DNA from: Synechococcus sp.
Lineage (GTDB): Bacteria; Cyanobacteriota; Cyanobacteriia; PCC-6307; Cyanobiaceae
Direction: 5' to 3'
NCBI GenBank assembly: GCA_047284725.1
Contig: JBJBEO010000001.1
Location: 544,001 to 608,000 of the forward strand
Length of the DNA: 64,000 nucleotides
Positions 40,233 through 50,556 of the stretch are shown here, piece after piece. The translations under genes and the position numbers were made by a program. Positions within the stretch are counted from its first letter, which is position 1, and every line of letters starts with the position of its first letter. Under the pieces are notes generated by a model. It worked only from the letters and a program-made list of their open reading frames with translations. It ran no database searches and was not told where the DNA came from.

Positions 40233-42299
40233 TCAGTTGGGCAGGAGTTCGCTTGCCACCATCACCACCAAGCTGCGGCTCTCCAGCGGAACTCCATTCG
40301 GCGACCAGGGTTCGGGCTGCTCCGGCAGGTCCTCACCTGGGGGCAGGGCTGTATCGATCAGGCGATGCCAGGAGGATGCGGCTTCCGGCAAGTCGAAGTG
40401 CATCGCTTTGAAGTAGCTGTTGAATCCCATCCACACCACGGCACCACGGTTGCCGCGTTGCAGGCTGGTGGCCAGGCAATGGGACCAGCTGGCCCAGTCG
40501 GGCTTGTTGAGTTCCACGCCGTGCCATTGGCGCCAGATCCTGTCGGGTGGGTCACCGCGACGCTGTGGCACTTCGCTGAAGGGTGCCTCAGGGTTGAACA
40601 GATCGGACAAGCGACGTCGGGCCTTGAGAAGTCTCCGCACGAACTGGAAGAGAGTCTGGTCGCACTGATCCGGACGCCAGATCATCCAGCTCAAGGCGCT
40701 GTCTTGGCACCAGGTGTTGTTGTTGCCCCCTTGGCTGCGGCCTACTTCGTCGCCCATCAGCAGCATCGGGACCCCGCGGTTGAGCAGCAGGCTGGACAGC
40801 AGATTGCGTTGTTGGCGGTTGCGCAGGGCCCTGACCGCAGGATCGGTACAGGGGCCCTCGATGCCGTGATTCCAGCTGATGTTGTGGTTCTCGCCGTCGC
40901 GATTGTCTTCGCCATTGGCCAGGTTGTGCTTCTGGTTGAAGCTGACGAGATCAGCCAGGGTGAAGCCGTCATGCGCGGTGATGAAGTTCACCGAGCGATC
41001 CAGTTTCAGAGGCTTGCCTGCATTGATGTCGGGGCTGCCCCGCAGGCGTTGGCCCAGTTTCCAGGTGCTGTTTTCATCCCCTTTCCAGAACCCGCGGAGG
41101 TCATCGCGGAACTTTCCATTCCAGGTGCCGATGCGTTTGGCAGGAAAGTCACTGAGGCGATAGAGCCCGCCACAATCCCATGGCTCGCTCACCAGCTTGA
41201 GATCGCTCAGCAGTGGGTCCGCATCAATTGCTTCGAACAGGGGTGGATGGTCGAGCGGCTTCAGCTTCTCGCCACGGCTGAGGGCAATGCCCAGGTCAAA
41301 GCGGAAACCATCAATGCCCAGCTCGATGGCCCAGCAGCGCATCGACTCAAGAATCAGTTGACGCACTAGGGGCCGGTTGGCAGCAACGCTGTTGCCGCAG
41401 CCGCTCACATCCTGGTAATCCCCTTTGGCGGTCTGGTGGTAGTACAGCTGATCGTCGATGCCGCGCCAGCTCAGGGTCGGTCCCTGCTGGTTGCCTTCGG
41501 TGGTGTGGTTGTAAACGACATCCAGCAGCACCTCGATGTCGGCGTCATGGCACGCTTCCACCAGTTCCCTCATCTGACGGCGGGCTGCCAGGGGATCGTC
41601 CCCCTCGATGAAGCCATGGTGAGGGGCGAACCAACTCAATGGGCTGTAGCCCCAGACGTTGTCGCGCCCGGGCGGTGCATCCTGGGGATCGAAGGCCTGG
41701 ATCGGCAGCAGCTCGATCGCTGTCACTCCCAGTTCTCGCAGGTAGGGGAGTTTGGCGATCACGCCCCGCAGGGTTCCCTGTTGCGATGCTGCGATGCCTG
41801 AGTCACTTCTGCGCGTGAAGCTGCCCACATGCAACTCGTAGATCACGCTGAGGTTCCAGCTGTGGCGAGGTCGCGGGTGGGCGTTGAAGTCAAAGTGGTC
41901 CCGTTCCGAGACCACGGCTTTGAGGCAGGTTTCAGTGTTGGGCGATGCGCCTGTGGCGGCACCGCGTTCGTAGACGTTCCACCCTGTGATCGCACGGGCA
42001 CAGGGATCAAGCAGAACCTTGGCGGGACGGAAGCCATGGCCACCAGGCTTGAGGGGCCCGAAGACGCGGTAGCCGTAGCAACAGCCTTCGCTGAGGCCCT
42101 CCACCTCCACATGCCAGTAATCCCCGGAGCGGTGTGCGCTGTCGAGCTCGATGATCCGTGCGGGCTGGGTCGCATCACCGTGGGGAAAGAGCAGCAGCTC
42201 TACCCGGTTGGCTGAGGGGGCCGCCAGGGAGAAATTCACGCCTCTGGGCGTGATCGAGCTCCCCATGGGCCAGGGGCTGCCGCGGTGGATCGTGGTCAA
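40233..42299 (-). CDS. glgX: Glycogen debranching enzyme / isoamylase
   Basis: WGYSP, DVVYNHTTEG, DGFRFDL, EPWD and AHDGFTL motifs (GH13). Confidence 0.95.
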   Translation of the reverse strand: MTTIHRGSPWPMGSSITPRGVNFSLAAPSANRVELLLFPHGDATQPARIIELDSAHRSGDYWHVEVEGLSEGCCYGYRVFGPLKPGGHGFRPAKVLLDPCARAITGWNVYERGAATGASPNTETCLKAVVSERDHFDFNAHPRPRHSWNLSVIYELHVGSFTRRSDSGIAASQQGTLRGVIAKLPYLRELGVTAIELLPIQAFDPQDAPPGRDNVWGYSPLSWFAPHHGFIEGDDPLAARRQMRELVEACHDADIEVLLDVVYNHTTEGNQQGPTLSWRGIDDQLYYHQTAKGDYQDVSGCGNSVAANRPLVRQLILESMRCWAIELGIDGFRFDLGIALSRGEKLKPLDHPPLFEAIDADPLLSDLKLVSEPWDCGGLYRLSDFPAKRIGTWNGKFRDDLRGFWKGDENSTWKLGQRLRGSPDINAGKPLKLDRSVNFITAHDGFTLADLVSFNQKHNLANGEDNRDGENHNISWNHGIEGPCTDPAVRALRNRQQRNLLSSLLLNRGVPMLLMGDEVGRSQGGNNNTWCQDSALSWMIWRPDQCDQTLFQFVRRLLKARRRLSDLFNPEAPFSEVPQRRGDPPDRIWRQWHGVELNKPDWASWSHCLATSLQRGNRGAVVWMGFNSYFKAMHFDLPEAASSWHRLIDTALPPGEDLPEQPEPWSPNGVPLESRSLVVMVASELLPN

Positions 42300-42383
42300 G
42301 GATCCAGCCCGCGGTTCGCAGGACGCACTGGCTCCAAGTTAGGGAGGTGCGCAAACTGGGGGTTGCGGATCCAGCCACCCCTC

Positions 42384-43064
42384 ATGACCCTGTCTTCAGC
42401 CTTGGAGCCTGGTCGCCCTCCGCAGCAGATTCGTGAGGATCTCTGGCTGTTTCCTCCGAATCGCGATTGCCGTGGAGGATCGTCCTGGTGGCTCGACTGC
42501 GGAGAGGAGCCTGTTTTGATCGACTGCCCTCCCCTGACGGACGCCACGATCGCCGCCTTGACGTCGATGGCGGCTGGTCGTTGTCCGAGGGTGTTGCTCA
42601 CCAATCGCGAGGGGCACGGCCGAATCCGGCGATTGCAGGAGCGCCTGGGCTGGCCGGTGTTGGTGCAGGAGCAGGAGGCGTATCTGCTGCCAGGCGTCGA
42701 TCCCCTCGACATGTTTGGGGAGGAGCACCTGCTGGCTTCGGGTTTGCGATTGCTGTGGACGCCTGGACCGACACCAGGTAGTTGCGCTGTGCATGCACCA
42801 GCCCCTTGGAACGTGTTGTTCTGCGGACGGTTGCTGGTTCCTGTGGCAGTGGGAGTTTTGGCTGGATTGCAGCATCGACGCACATTTCACTGGCCGCGGC
42901 AGCAGCGCAGCCTCCAACGTCTACGGGATTGGGTTGGGGAAGACCCATTGCTGTCACTGGCGTCTGGAGCTGGTCTCGGTGCTCTTCGTGGGGAACGCCT
43001 GCCGACATTGAGCGCCTGGCGTGTTGCGTCGGGTTTAGAAGCAACTCACACGAGCCTCACGTAA
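42384..43064 (+). CDS. MBL-fold hydrolase-like protein
   Basis: VLIDCP, LLTNREGHG and WTPGPTPGS motifs. Confidence 0.8.
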   Translation: MTLSSALEPGRPPQQIREDLWLFPPNRDCRGGSSWWLDCGEEPVLIDCPPLTDATIAALTSMAAGRCPRVLLTNREGHGRIRRLQERLGWPVLVQEQEAYLLPGVDPLDMFGEEHLLASGLRLLWTPGPTPGSCAVHAPAPWNVLFCGRLLVPVAVGVLAGLQHRRTFHWPRQQRSLQRLRDWVGEDPLLSLASGAGLGALRGERLPTLSAWRVASGLEATHTSLT

Positions 43065-43197
43065 AGCATTGCGGCATCAGACATTTGGCTTGCCGCAACC
43101 TCGCACTCTCCATACCATTGACCCGTTCAGGGAAGCCTTCGCGGATGTCGACCTCCGCATCGCCAATCAGCCGCTTCCGCAACCCACTCCCTCGTCA

Positions 43198-43473
43198 ATG
43201 AACAAAGCCGACCTCGTCAACCTCGTTGCCGCTCGCACCGAGCTCACCAAAACCGACGTTTCCCTCGTCGTGGATGCCGCCATCGACACGATCATCGACT
43301 CTGTTGTGGAGGGCAAAAAAGTTTCGATCCTGGGCTTTGGTTCTTTTGAGCCCCGCGAGCGCTCCGCCCGCCAGGGGCTGAATCCCAAAACCGGCGAAAA
43401 GATCAAGATCCCAGCCAAGCGCGTGCCTGCGTTCACCGCCGGCAAGATGTTCAAGGACCGCGTGCAGGGCTGA
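43198..43473 (+). CDS. hup: DNA-binding protein HU
   Basis: MNKADLV...GFGSF...RQGLNPKTGEKIKIPA. Confidence 0.98.
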   Translation: MNKADLVNLVAARTELTKTDVSLVVDAAIDTIIDSVVEGKKVSILGFGSFEPRERSARQGLNPKTGEKIKIPAKRVPAFTAGKMFKDRVQG

Positions 43474-43513
43474 TCCTGGCCAACGGGCACTGCCTGTGAT
43501 CAGTGCAGTGAGT

Positions 43514-43541
43514 GGGGTGGCCGGTGCGGTCACCCTTTTTT
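43514..43541 (+). terminator. Rho-independent terminator of hup
   Basis: gggtggccg-gtg-cggtcaccc followed by tttttt. Confidence 0.75.
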
Positions 43542-43562
43542 GATGGCATCCACCGGGGCCTG

Positions 43563-44462
43563 ATGGCGCACTCTTCTGACTTGCCAAGTCATCTGCACCG
43601 GCTGCTCACCGCCGGCTCCGGGCTGCATCAGCGTGGCTATGTCGGTCGTTTTGCGCCGACCCCATCAGGCCCGTTGCATCTGGGCAATCTTCGGACAGCC
43701 TTGCTGTCCTGGTTGGTGGCTCGCCGCCAGGCTGGTGCCTGGTTGCTACGCATCGACGATCTCGACACGCCGCGGCTCCGTTCCGGTGCCGTGCTCAGCG
43801 CTCTTGAGGACCTGCGTTGGCTTGGTCTGGACTGGAATGGCCCTGTGTTGCTGCAGAGCCGCCGCCGAGGTTTGTACAACGCCGTGTTGTCACATTTGCG
43901 GCGCTGCGGCCTGGTGTATGCCTGCCGCTGCAGCCGCCGTCAGCTTGGAGGGGTGAGCGTCTACCCCGGTACCTGCAGGGAACGCGGTTTGGCCTGGGGC
44001 TGGAAGGACCATCGACTGCCGGCCTGGCGGCTGCGCGTTCAAGACCAAACCGGTGGTTCGTGCGGTGATGTGGTGGTGCGGCGGGCTGATGGATTCATCG
44101 CCTATCACCTGGCGAGCGCTGTCGACGAGCTGGCCTGTGGAGTGACCGAGGTGGTGCGCGGTGATGATCTGGCGCCCGTGCGGTTGGCTCAGGTGGAGGT
44201 GATGGCTGCGCTCGGTCAGTCGCCTCCTTCCTATCGCCACGTTCCGCTGCTGTGTGACGTCTTTGGTGACAAGCTGGCGAAGCGCGATGGAAGTGCTGGC
44301 TTGATGCCCTGGCGAGACAAGGGGGCTTGCCCGGCGGATGTGGTGGGGTACCTGGCCCAGGGGCTGCAGCTGGTGCCTGCTGGAACGGCACTGACGGCTC
44401 AGGAGTTGTTGGTGGAGGTGACCTCGCGTCCGGCAGGACTGGAGGCTTGTCTGAATCCCTGA
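43563..44462 (+). CDS. gluQ: Glutamyl-Q tRNA(Asp) synthetase
   Basis: RFAPTPSGPLHLGN, LRIDDLD, VVRGDDL and KLAKR motifs; no anticodon-binding domain. Confidence 0.93.
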   Translation: MAHSSDLPSHLHRLLTAGSGLHQRGYVGRFAPTPSGPLHLGNLRTALLSWLVARRQAGAWLLRIDDLDTPRLRSGAVLSALEDLRWLGLDWNGPVLLQSRRRGLYNAVLSHLRRCGLVYACRCSRRQLGGVSVYPGTCRERGLAWGWKDHRLPAWRLRVQDQTGGSCGDVVVRRADGFIAYHLASAVDELACGVTEVVRGDDLAPVRLAQVEVMAALGQSPPSYRHVPLLCDVFGDKLAKRDGSAGLMPWRDKGACPADVVGYLAQGLQLVPAGTALTAQELLVEVTSRPAGLEACLNP

Positions 44463-44531
44463 TTCTTCAGGAAAGCTTCGGGATCAATTGCTCAAGAACC
44501 GCTCACACTGAATGCACGAGCAGGGATTGAG

Positions 44532-44729
44532 GTGATGGTGTGCAGCGATTGTGGTGGCAGCGGTATTCAGCGTGTCGCCGATCAGCGGTTCCGCACCTGT
44601 CAGCGGTGTTTGGGACAGGGCAGGATCCTGAGTGATCCGTTGGGCGAATCGAGGCAGCCTGTCGGTGCCGCTCGATCCGCCGAAGTCGTCGAAATCAACG
44701 CAGTTGCTTCTTCTTCTGCTGCCAGATAA
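44532..44729 (+). CDS. Small DnaJ-type zinc-finger protein
   Basis: CSDCGGSG and CQRCLGQG (two CxxCxGxG). Confidence 0.7.
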   Translation: MMVCSDCGGSGIQRVADQRFRTCQRCLGQGRILSDPLGESRQPVGAARSAEVVEINAVASSSAAR

Positions 44730-44811
44730 AGAAGACGACGGTGGTCACCACCGCCAACAGGGGCACGGCGGTGAACAACAGAAGGGCAACGGCAGTCCAG
44801 TCGGTGTACAT
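44695..44811 (-). CDS. 38-aa single-pass membrane protein (not in ORF track)
   Basis: MYTDWTAVALLLFTAVPLLAVVTTVVFFIWQQKKKQLR. Confidence 0.6.
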   Translation of the reverse strand: MYTDWTAVALLLFTAVPLLAVVTTVVFFIWQQKKKQLR

Positions 44812-45018
44812 CCGCAGAGAAAGAAAACCCGCATATCCTCTCAGGAGAGCGTTGCTGAACGACTTCTACCGCTGCATTTGATCGAGATTGCAAGGTTGTG
44901 GGCGTCGAGCGCAGCGTTGATGCAGGCTCCTTTTTCTGCACCGTTTGGCATCACTGGCCCCGTCTTGGTGGCGCCATGTGCTTCGGCAGAGGAAAGTGGC
45001 TCAGGTTGCTTGTGATGG

Positions 45019-45342
45019 ATGCGTCTGGTGTCTCTGGGCGTTGGTGTTGGTGCCTCGCTGTGGATGGCAGGGCTGGGGGCCGTGGCCAGGGCCGATGCGT
45101 TTGCCGGTCTTGAACCCTGGGTGCGCGATTGCTTCACCACGCAAAGGTCCCGGGCCTGTGAGCAGGCATTGTTGCGAGCGGAGGCTCTGCAGCAACGGGC
45201 GGCTGAGCAGGATCGTTATCCCTGCCAAAGCATGGTCCTCGGACTTCAGGCCGACGTGGTGATGGTGCAGTTTCGTCAGGGCCGTGGGGCTCGAGCCTTC
45301 GAGACGTTGGCAGCGGTGCGGCAACGCTGCAGCGGCTTGTGA
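45019..45342 (+). CDS. Secreted hypothetical protein
   Basis: Signal peptide ending ARA; four Cys. Confidence 0.65.
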   Translation: MRLVSLGVGVGASLWMAGLGAVARADAFAGLEPWVRDCFTTQRSRACEQALLRAEALQQRAAEQDRYPCQSMVLGLQADVVMVQFRQGRGARAFETLAAVRQRCSGL

Positions 45343-45674
45343 TCGCCTCTGCGATGACGGTGCTGACCAGCATCCCCTTGACGGTTCGTCTCCTTAGCGT
45401 GGTGGGGCCTGGTGATGGTCTGGGGATGGGGGTGACACAGCAAGAGAAGGATGAGTGGCGAGATTGTCTGTTGCAGGAGGTGGTGAGCTTTCTGGCGGCT
45501 CGTAAACACGACATTCATGGCAACTACATGCGTGGCAGCGCAGGCCAGCTGCCGCTGGAGCAGTTGGAGGCGGAGGGACTGTTGGATGTGGAAGTGGCGA
45601 TCACCTTCCTCCAGGACAAGCGTCCTGGCTGGGGCCTGGGTAAGGGATTTTTGGGAATGAATCTGATTCAGTGA
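45339..45674 (+). CDS. Hypothetical protein
   Basis: ORF with a coding-like C-terminal 80 aa; start uncertain. Confidence 0.55.
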   Translation: MIASAMTVLTSIPLTVRLLSVVGPGDGLGMGVTQQEKDEWRDCLLQEVVSFLAARKHDIHGNYMRGSAGQLPLEQLEAEGLLDVEVAITFLQDKRPGWGLGKGFLGMNLIQ

Positions 45675-45848
45675 GCCAGCGCACAGATCGCCGTTCGGCA
45701 GGGTTTGAGGAATGGATGGCTCGGCGGGCGCGTTGATCGGGTTTGCTTGGCAAGCATCAGTCTGATTCTCAGAAAGCTCGCTTTGGGTTTGTGAAGTGGC
45801 GATTCGCCAGCGAAGGCCCTCTATCTGCGAGCAGCCTTGAAATCCAGA

Positions 45849-45866
45849 TTTACAACCCGTTACAAA
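45849..45866 (+). promoter_or_regulatory. HLR1-like (RpaB) direct repeat
   Basis: TTTACAAC-CC-GTTACAAA against the consensus (G/T)TTACA(T/A)(T/A)-N2-(G/T)TTACA(T/A)(T/A), one mismatch. Confidence 0.7.
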
Positions 45867-45898
45867 GCTGTTAACATTGGTTCATATGCGTGCTTCTT

Positions 45899-46018
45899 AT
45901 GACTGATTACACGATCTGGATCTACGCCATGCTCGCCTTTGGGGGGCTGATCACTGCTGCTGTGCTGTTCACGCTCTCCAGGCCCAGTGACCTCCCTTAT
46001 CTCCAAAAGAAAGGCTGA
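45899..46018 (+). CDS. 39-aa single-pass membrane protein (not in ORF track)
   Basis: MTDYTIWIYAMLAFGGLITAAVLFTLSRPSDLPYLQKKG, starting 32 bp after the HLR1 motif. Confidence 0.65.
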   Translation: MTDYTIWIYAMLAFGGLITAAVLFTLSRPSDLPYLQKKG

Positions 46019-46099
46019 GTCCGTGCGTGCATCCTCGATTCATTGCCTTGTTGAAGAGATGCATGCCGTAGCGTCGTTTGTGGTGCTGCTACCGATGTC

Positions 46100-46264
46100 A
46101 TGATCGAGTGGTCTGAAGAGCAGGACTATCTGGAATGCTGGGCCATCGCAGGACGGCCATCCCACTCCAAGCATTCGAGGGAGTTTTGTTTTCGGGAAGC
46201 CGGAGTGGCTCGTTTCAATGACGTTGTTGACGATGAGTATGGCCAGCTAGAAGACGATGCTTGA
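46100..46264 (+). CDS. 54-aa acidic hypothetical protein
   Basis: MIEWSEEQDYLECWAIAGRP... ATG-TGA ORF. Confidence 0.4.
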   Translation: MIEWSEEQDYLECWAIAGRPSHSKHSREFCFREAGVARFNDVVDDEYGQLEDDA

Positions 46265-46329
46265 ACGCCTCTAGGCTGGTCATCTCCTCTACTACTGCTG
46301 CTAAAAAGGAAAGTTCTGAGATCGGATCA

Positions 46330-46590
46330 ATGCCGGCAAAATCCACAACACAACCGAATGCTCGGTGTTGGGTGTGGTTTAAAGGGGGGTTGAATGAGGA
46401 GTCCCACTGGCGCAGTGGTTGGTATGGAGCTCCTTCCGTGCTGGGAGGGATTCGAATTGAGCATAGTGATTATGTGCCCTGCCGTTGTCCGGAGTGGCGC
46501 GTGACATTTGAGGAGCCTGCCGACCCGAAGCAGGCGCCCGCTATCCCTGCAGGCGCTGAGTGGAAGTTGTTTCCTACCGAACCGTGCTGA
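46330..46590 (+). CDS. Trp-rich hypothetical protein
   Basis: CWVWFKGG...W..GW...CRCPEWRV.FEEP. Confidence 0.65.
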   Translation: MPAKSTTQPNARCWVWFKGGLNEESHWRSGWYGAPSVLGGIRIEHSDYVPCRCPEWRVTFEEPADPKQAPAIPAGAEWKLFPTEPC

Positions 46591-46605
46591 TGTTCTCAGG
46601 GGCGG

Positions 46606-46959
46606 TCAACGACGATGGCCTAGTACAAATCGTTTCACGACGCCTTTGCTTTTCTGATAGCGAATCAGTTCGTCTTCTTCCAAGGTGTTGAGGCTCAGAA
46701 TGCCATTCTCTCTGTACTCGCGCTCGAATGGAACGACCCAGGACGTTCCATCTTGCATGGCGTAAATCAACTCTGCTTCGTCTGTGCTGATGCAGAAGCG
46801 CACTTTCACATCATCAAAGACGCCCACATCGCTGATAAATTCCGCATGGCTGTAATGGCATGCCTGGGCTCGCTCAAACTCATCTTTGATGTTGGCGAAC
46901 GCTGGCATGACGCTGAGCGTCACTGAAGCGCCAAAGAGAGCCAGGCTGGCAATTCGCAT
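46606..46959 (-). CDS. Secreted hypothetical protein
   Basis: 117 aa with a signal peptide ending AFA. Confidence 0.65.
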   Translation of the reverse strand: MRIASLALFGASVTLSVMPAFANIKDEFERAQACHYSHAEFISDVGVFDDVKVRFCISTDEAELIYAMQDGTSWVVPFEREYRENGILSLNTLEEDELIRYQKSKGVVKRFVLGHRR

Positions 46960-48090
46960 GGAGTCTGGCCTTCAAGAGATTGAAAGGCTTTGTCATAGCA
47001 GTGATTGGCATCTGGTGCTGTGTCAGGTCAGGTCGTAGCGCCGCTTGCTCAAAGAGGTTGGTCATGAGAGGCATTCGGAATGATCCGAAAGATGCCAGGG
47101 ATCAGGTTCAGGCTGCAGATTTTGCAGCTTTGTTGACGCTCTCTTTGCTTGCTTGGTGTCTGGCAGGGTTGTGCATTGTCTCTGCTTCGGTGGACTTTCT
47201 TTTCGTTGAAGCCTTCATGTTTCCAATGACAATTTTAGCGTTGGTTGCGTTGATCGTTGATGCATGTCTGCGTCGCCTGGACTTGGACAATCCCTCATCT
47301 CAAACAATTGCGAGCGCTCCATGCATTGTGAGAGCGCTGAGGTCTCTGTGCGCTTCAAGGCGAAAGTGGTGGCACCTTGACTGTGTTTCAGAATGGTGAA
47401 TCTCCAAGCGAATCCGGCGGCTGGTTTGCAGGTTGCCATGTTCCGTATGAACGGAACATGCTCATCCGCCACTCAAGGATTTGGCGTTGCTCATCAAGAC
47501 AAATCCAACCACAGTTGAAAGGATGATCAAGATTGTGGCTGGCCATTCCAGATGCTTCCACCATCCCCGCATGCATGGAACATGCTCTGTGAGTCGATAG
47601 ACAACGATCAAAACCACAATCGTTCCTACAAAGAGTCCCCAGCCACTCATGAAAACCTGACTGCACAGCTCCTTGTTGATGGCAGTTTCGCAGGCAGACG
47701 TTTGACGTTGAAGTGCCCCGCGTGTGCCAAGCCACTGCAGTTCAATCCCAATCAGTGAGAGGTGTATCTTCAATTGCTGGCCGTGGTCGCTTTGGCAATC
47801 GAAATCGACTGAGTGTGTGTGGAATGGTCGCCGTGGTTGAGCCTGTTGAATTCAGTCGGGTTCATGTCTGGTCACCGTGCAAGCCTCATCGTTTAAAGGT
47901 GGAATCCATTGGTGAATTCGCCTCGCTCTCGCCGGCGGTGTATTGAGGTGTTGGACGGCGGAGTCGACGTATAGCTGGCTGTTGATTTTGCGGAAACTTG
48001 GGATCAACAGAGTTCCTGAGACCGTTCTGCGGCAGGCGTTGTTGTTTTCAAGCTCTGAATTGACGTCCCAGGTGCCGTGGGAACTTAAAA

Positions 48091-48162
<72 letters not shown>

Positions 48163-48172
48163 ATGTGGAGGA

Positions 48173-48254
48173 TGGGCCGGGTTGGATTTGAACCAACGTA
48201 GGCAGAGCCAGCGGATTTACAGTCCGCCCCCATTAACCACTCGGGCACCGACCC
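48173..48254 (-). tRNA. tRNA-Tyr(GTA)
   Basis: GGGTCGGTGCCCGAGTGGTTAA...GCGGACTGTAAATCCGC, long variable arm, GGTTCAAATCC. Confidence 0.97.
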
Positions 48255-48360
48255 GAACCACACCGCAAGAATTTACCAGCTGGTCTGCCCCCTGGGTCGC
48301 GATCTTGGGAGATTGCCCGGTCTCGATACGATCTGATTCGTTCTCGCTTGCCTTGCGGCC

Positions 48361-48813
48361 ATGCGTTTGCTTCTGCTCAATGGTCCCAACCTCAATTTGT
48401 TGGGGCGTCGGGAGCCTGGGCTGTATGGCAGTGCGACGCTGTCTCAGATCGAATCGGCCATGGTGCAGCAGGCGCGCGCCTTGAACGTGGACATCGATTG
48501 CTTTCAGAGCAATTTCGAGGGGGCTTTGGTGGAGCGCGTCCACCAGGCCATCGGCCAGGTAGATGGGATTCTGATCAATGCCGGGGCTTACACCCACACC
48601 TCGATTGCTCTCCGGGATGCGTTGCTCGGCGTGGCGATTCCCTACGTGGAGCTTCATCTGAGCAACACCCATGCTCGGGAGTCGTTTCGGCATCACTCCT
48701 ATCTGGCGGATCGTGCCGTTGGTGTGATCTGCGGGTTTGGGGCCGATAGCTACCGCCTCGCGATGGATGCCCTTGTCCATCACCTCAGGGCCCTTGCCGA
48801 GGGGGATGTGTGA
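48361..48813 (+). CDS. aroQ: Type II 3-dehydroquinate dehydratase
   Basis: [25 protein letters not shown] and ELHLSN..ARE.FRH motifs. Confidence 0.97.
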   Translation: MRLLLLNGPNLNLLGRREPGLYGSATLSQIESAMVQQARALNVDIDCFQSNFEGALVERVHQAIGQVDGILINAGAYTHTSIALRDALLGVAIPYVELHLSNTHARESFRHHSYLADRAVGVICGFGADSYRLAMDALVHHLRALAEGDV

Positions 48814-49493
48814 TGGCGTCGTCTCCACTGACAACCTCTGTGGTTGCAACCGCTGCCCTGGCTCAACCTCTTGAAAAATCCGTGGCCAGCATTCGATGGT
48901 TGGCCGCTCCCACGAATGCAGCCTGGGTTGCCCAGGCCACGGCGCGGCCGATCGAAATCCTGATTGATCACGCCCATTGCGAGCGCAAAGCGGCTGGAGC
49001 TGCCGTTCAGTTGATGTTTCGCTATCTCTGCGAGCCGGGGTTAGGGGAGGCCCTCAGTCCTCTGGCGCGGGAGGAGCTCGAGCATTTCGAGCAGGTGCTT
49101 GCCGTGCTCAAGGGGCGCGGCCGCTATCTGGAGCCACTCCCCTCACCGGGGTATGGCGCTCAGCTGGCCAAACACGTGCGCAGGCCCGAGCCCGAGCGCA
49201 TGCTCGATTCTTTTCTTGTGGCTGGCTTGATTGAAGCCCGCAGCCATGAGCGCATGGCCTTGCTGGCTCAGCACAGTCCTGAGCCTGAGCTTCGAGCGCT
49301 GTACCAGGATCTTCTGGCCAGTGAGGCGCGTCACTTCGGTTTGTATTGGGTGCTGTGTGAAGAGCGCTATCCCCGCGAAGTGATCGTGTCTCGTTTGGAG
49401 GAGCTGGCTGCTCTGGAAGCCCAGATCCTCACCGGAGATCTCGATCATCCAGGCGACGTGCGTATGCACTCCGTGGGGGTGATGCGCACTTGA
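48813..49493 (+). CDS. miaE: tRNA-(ms2io6A) hydroxylase MiaE
   Basis: DHAHCERKAA, REELEHF, IEARSHER and SEARH diiron motifs. Confidence 0.93.
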   Translation: MASSPLTTSVVATAALAQPLEKSVASIRWLAAPTNAAWVAQATARPIEILIDHAHCERKAAGAAVQLMFRYLCEPGLGEALSPLAREELEHFEQVLAVLKGRGRYLEPLPSPGYGAQLAKHVRRPEPERMLDSFLVAGLIEARSHERMALLAQHSPEPELRALYQDLLASEARHFGLYWVLCEERYPREVIVSRLEELAALEAQILTGDLDHPGDVRMHSVGVMRT

Positions 49494-49586
49494 TCCCGAT
49501 CGTGCCGTTTCAGTCGCGATTGGTGGCGTGTTGTGTGAGTGCTGTCTAGAGGTGAGGTCTCTCGATCGATCTCAAAGGTCAGCGCT

Positions 49587-50504
49587 ATGGGTTTGCGTAA
49601 GACGGCCACATGCGGATTGCTCTCTCTGTCAGCTCTGGCTTTAGTGGCGTGTCAAAAGCCTGCCGCCGAGGTGAAGGAAGGTCCGAGTGAGGTGGCCTCA
49701 TCCAGCGCCTTGGAAACAGGCAAGCTGCGGGCTGTGGTGATCGGTCAAGCGTTGCCGATGGTTGAAAAGACTGGCGACAGCTATGACGGCTTGACGTTTG
49801 TGGTGCTCGAGGCGATCCGGGATCAGCTGGCGCATTCTCCTCAGGCCAAGGCGGAGAGTTTCAGCATCGAACCTGTCGCCGTGAGTTCTGCCCGTGAGGG
49901 TCTCGACAAGATTCAGTCGGGCGAGGCTGATATCGCCTGTGGGGTTGCTTTCAGTTGGGAGCGGCAGCGGACGCTCAATTTCACAATTCCATTTGCCAAC
50001 GGCGGGGTGCGCTTGCTCGCTCCGAAGGGCAATGACGGCACCCCCGCCAGCTTGAAGGGAAAAACCATTGGTGTCGTGAAAAACAGTGTGGCTGCCGATG
50101 TGTTGGCGGGGGCTGTTGAAGACGCTCAGTTCCAATTTTTTGAGACGCCGGCGAGTGCGTTAGCGGCGCTCAAAGGTGGTGACGTGACGATCTTGGGCGG
50201 AGACAGTCTCTGGTTGAAGGCCAATCGAGCCGAGACTGCGCCTGATGATGATCTCGTTCCTGATCGGGCTTACTCCCGCTCCGGCGTTGGCTGCGTCGTC
50301 GGAGGGAGCACCCCCCATCTGCTCAATGTCAGCAATTTGGCGATCGGTCGCTTGCTCTCGGCCTATGTCGAGAACGACCCTGCCGTACGTACAGAGATCA
50401 ACCGTTGGATCGGTGATGGGAGTGCCATCGATCTGAGTGACAACCAGATCAGCAGATTTTTCCGAATGGTGTTGGCAACGACCGCTGAGCTGAGAAATCC
50501 GTAA
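49587..50504 (+). CDS. grrP: Orphan extracellular solute-binding lipoprotein GrrP
   Basis: LVAC lipobox; family-3 SBP-like sequence; no permease nearby; directly upstream of grrA-grrM. Confidence 0.8.
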   Translation: MGLRKTATCGLLSLSALALVACQKPAAEVKEGPSEVASSSALETGKLRAVVIGQALPMVEKTGDSYDGLTFVVLEAIRDQLAHSPQAKAESFSIEPVAVSSAREGLDKIQSGEADIACGVAFSWERQRTLNFTIPFANGGVRLLAPKGNDGTPASLKGKTIGVVKNSVAADVLAGAVEDAQFQFFETPASALAALKGGDVTILGGDSLWLKANRAETAPDDDLVPDRAYSRSGVGCVVGGSTPHLLNVSNLAIGRLLSAYVENDPAVRTEINRWIGDGSAIDLSDNQISRFFRMVLATTAELRNP

Positions 50505-50556
50505 GTCCGCTCGATGCATTGGTTCATTTTTCAGTTTTTTCGCTCTGGTGATTCCC

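Noticed and set aside
46980..47773. Hydrophobic ORFs 46980-47399 and 47462-47773
   Set aside because: They may be real membrane proteins, but starts are ambiguous and there are no motifs, so support is too weak to list them as features.
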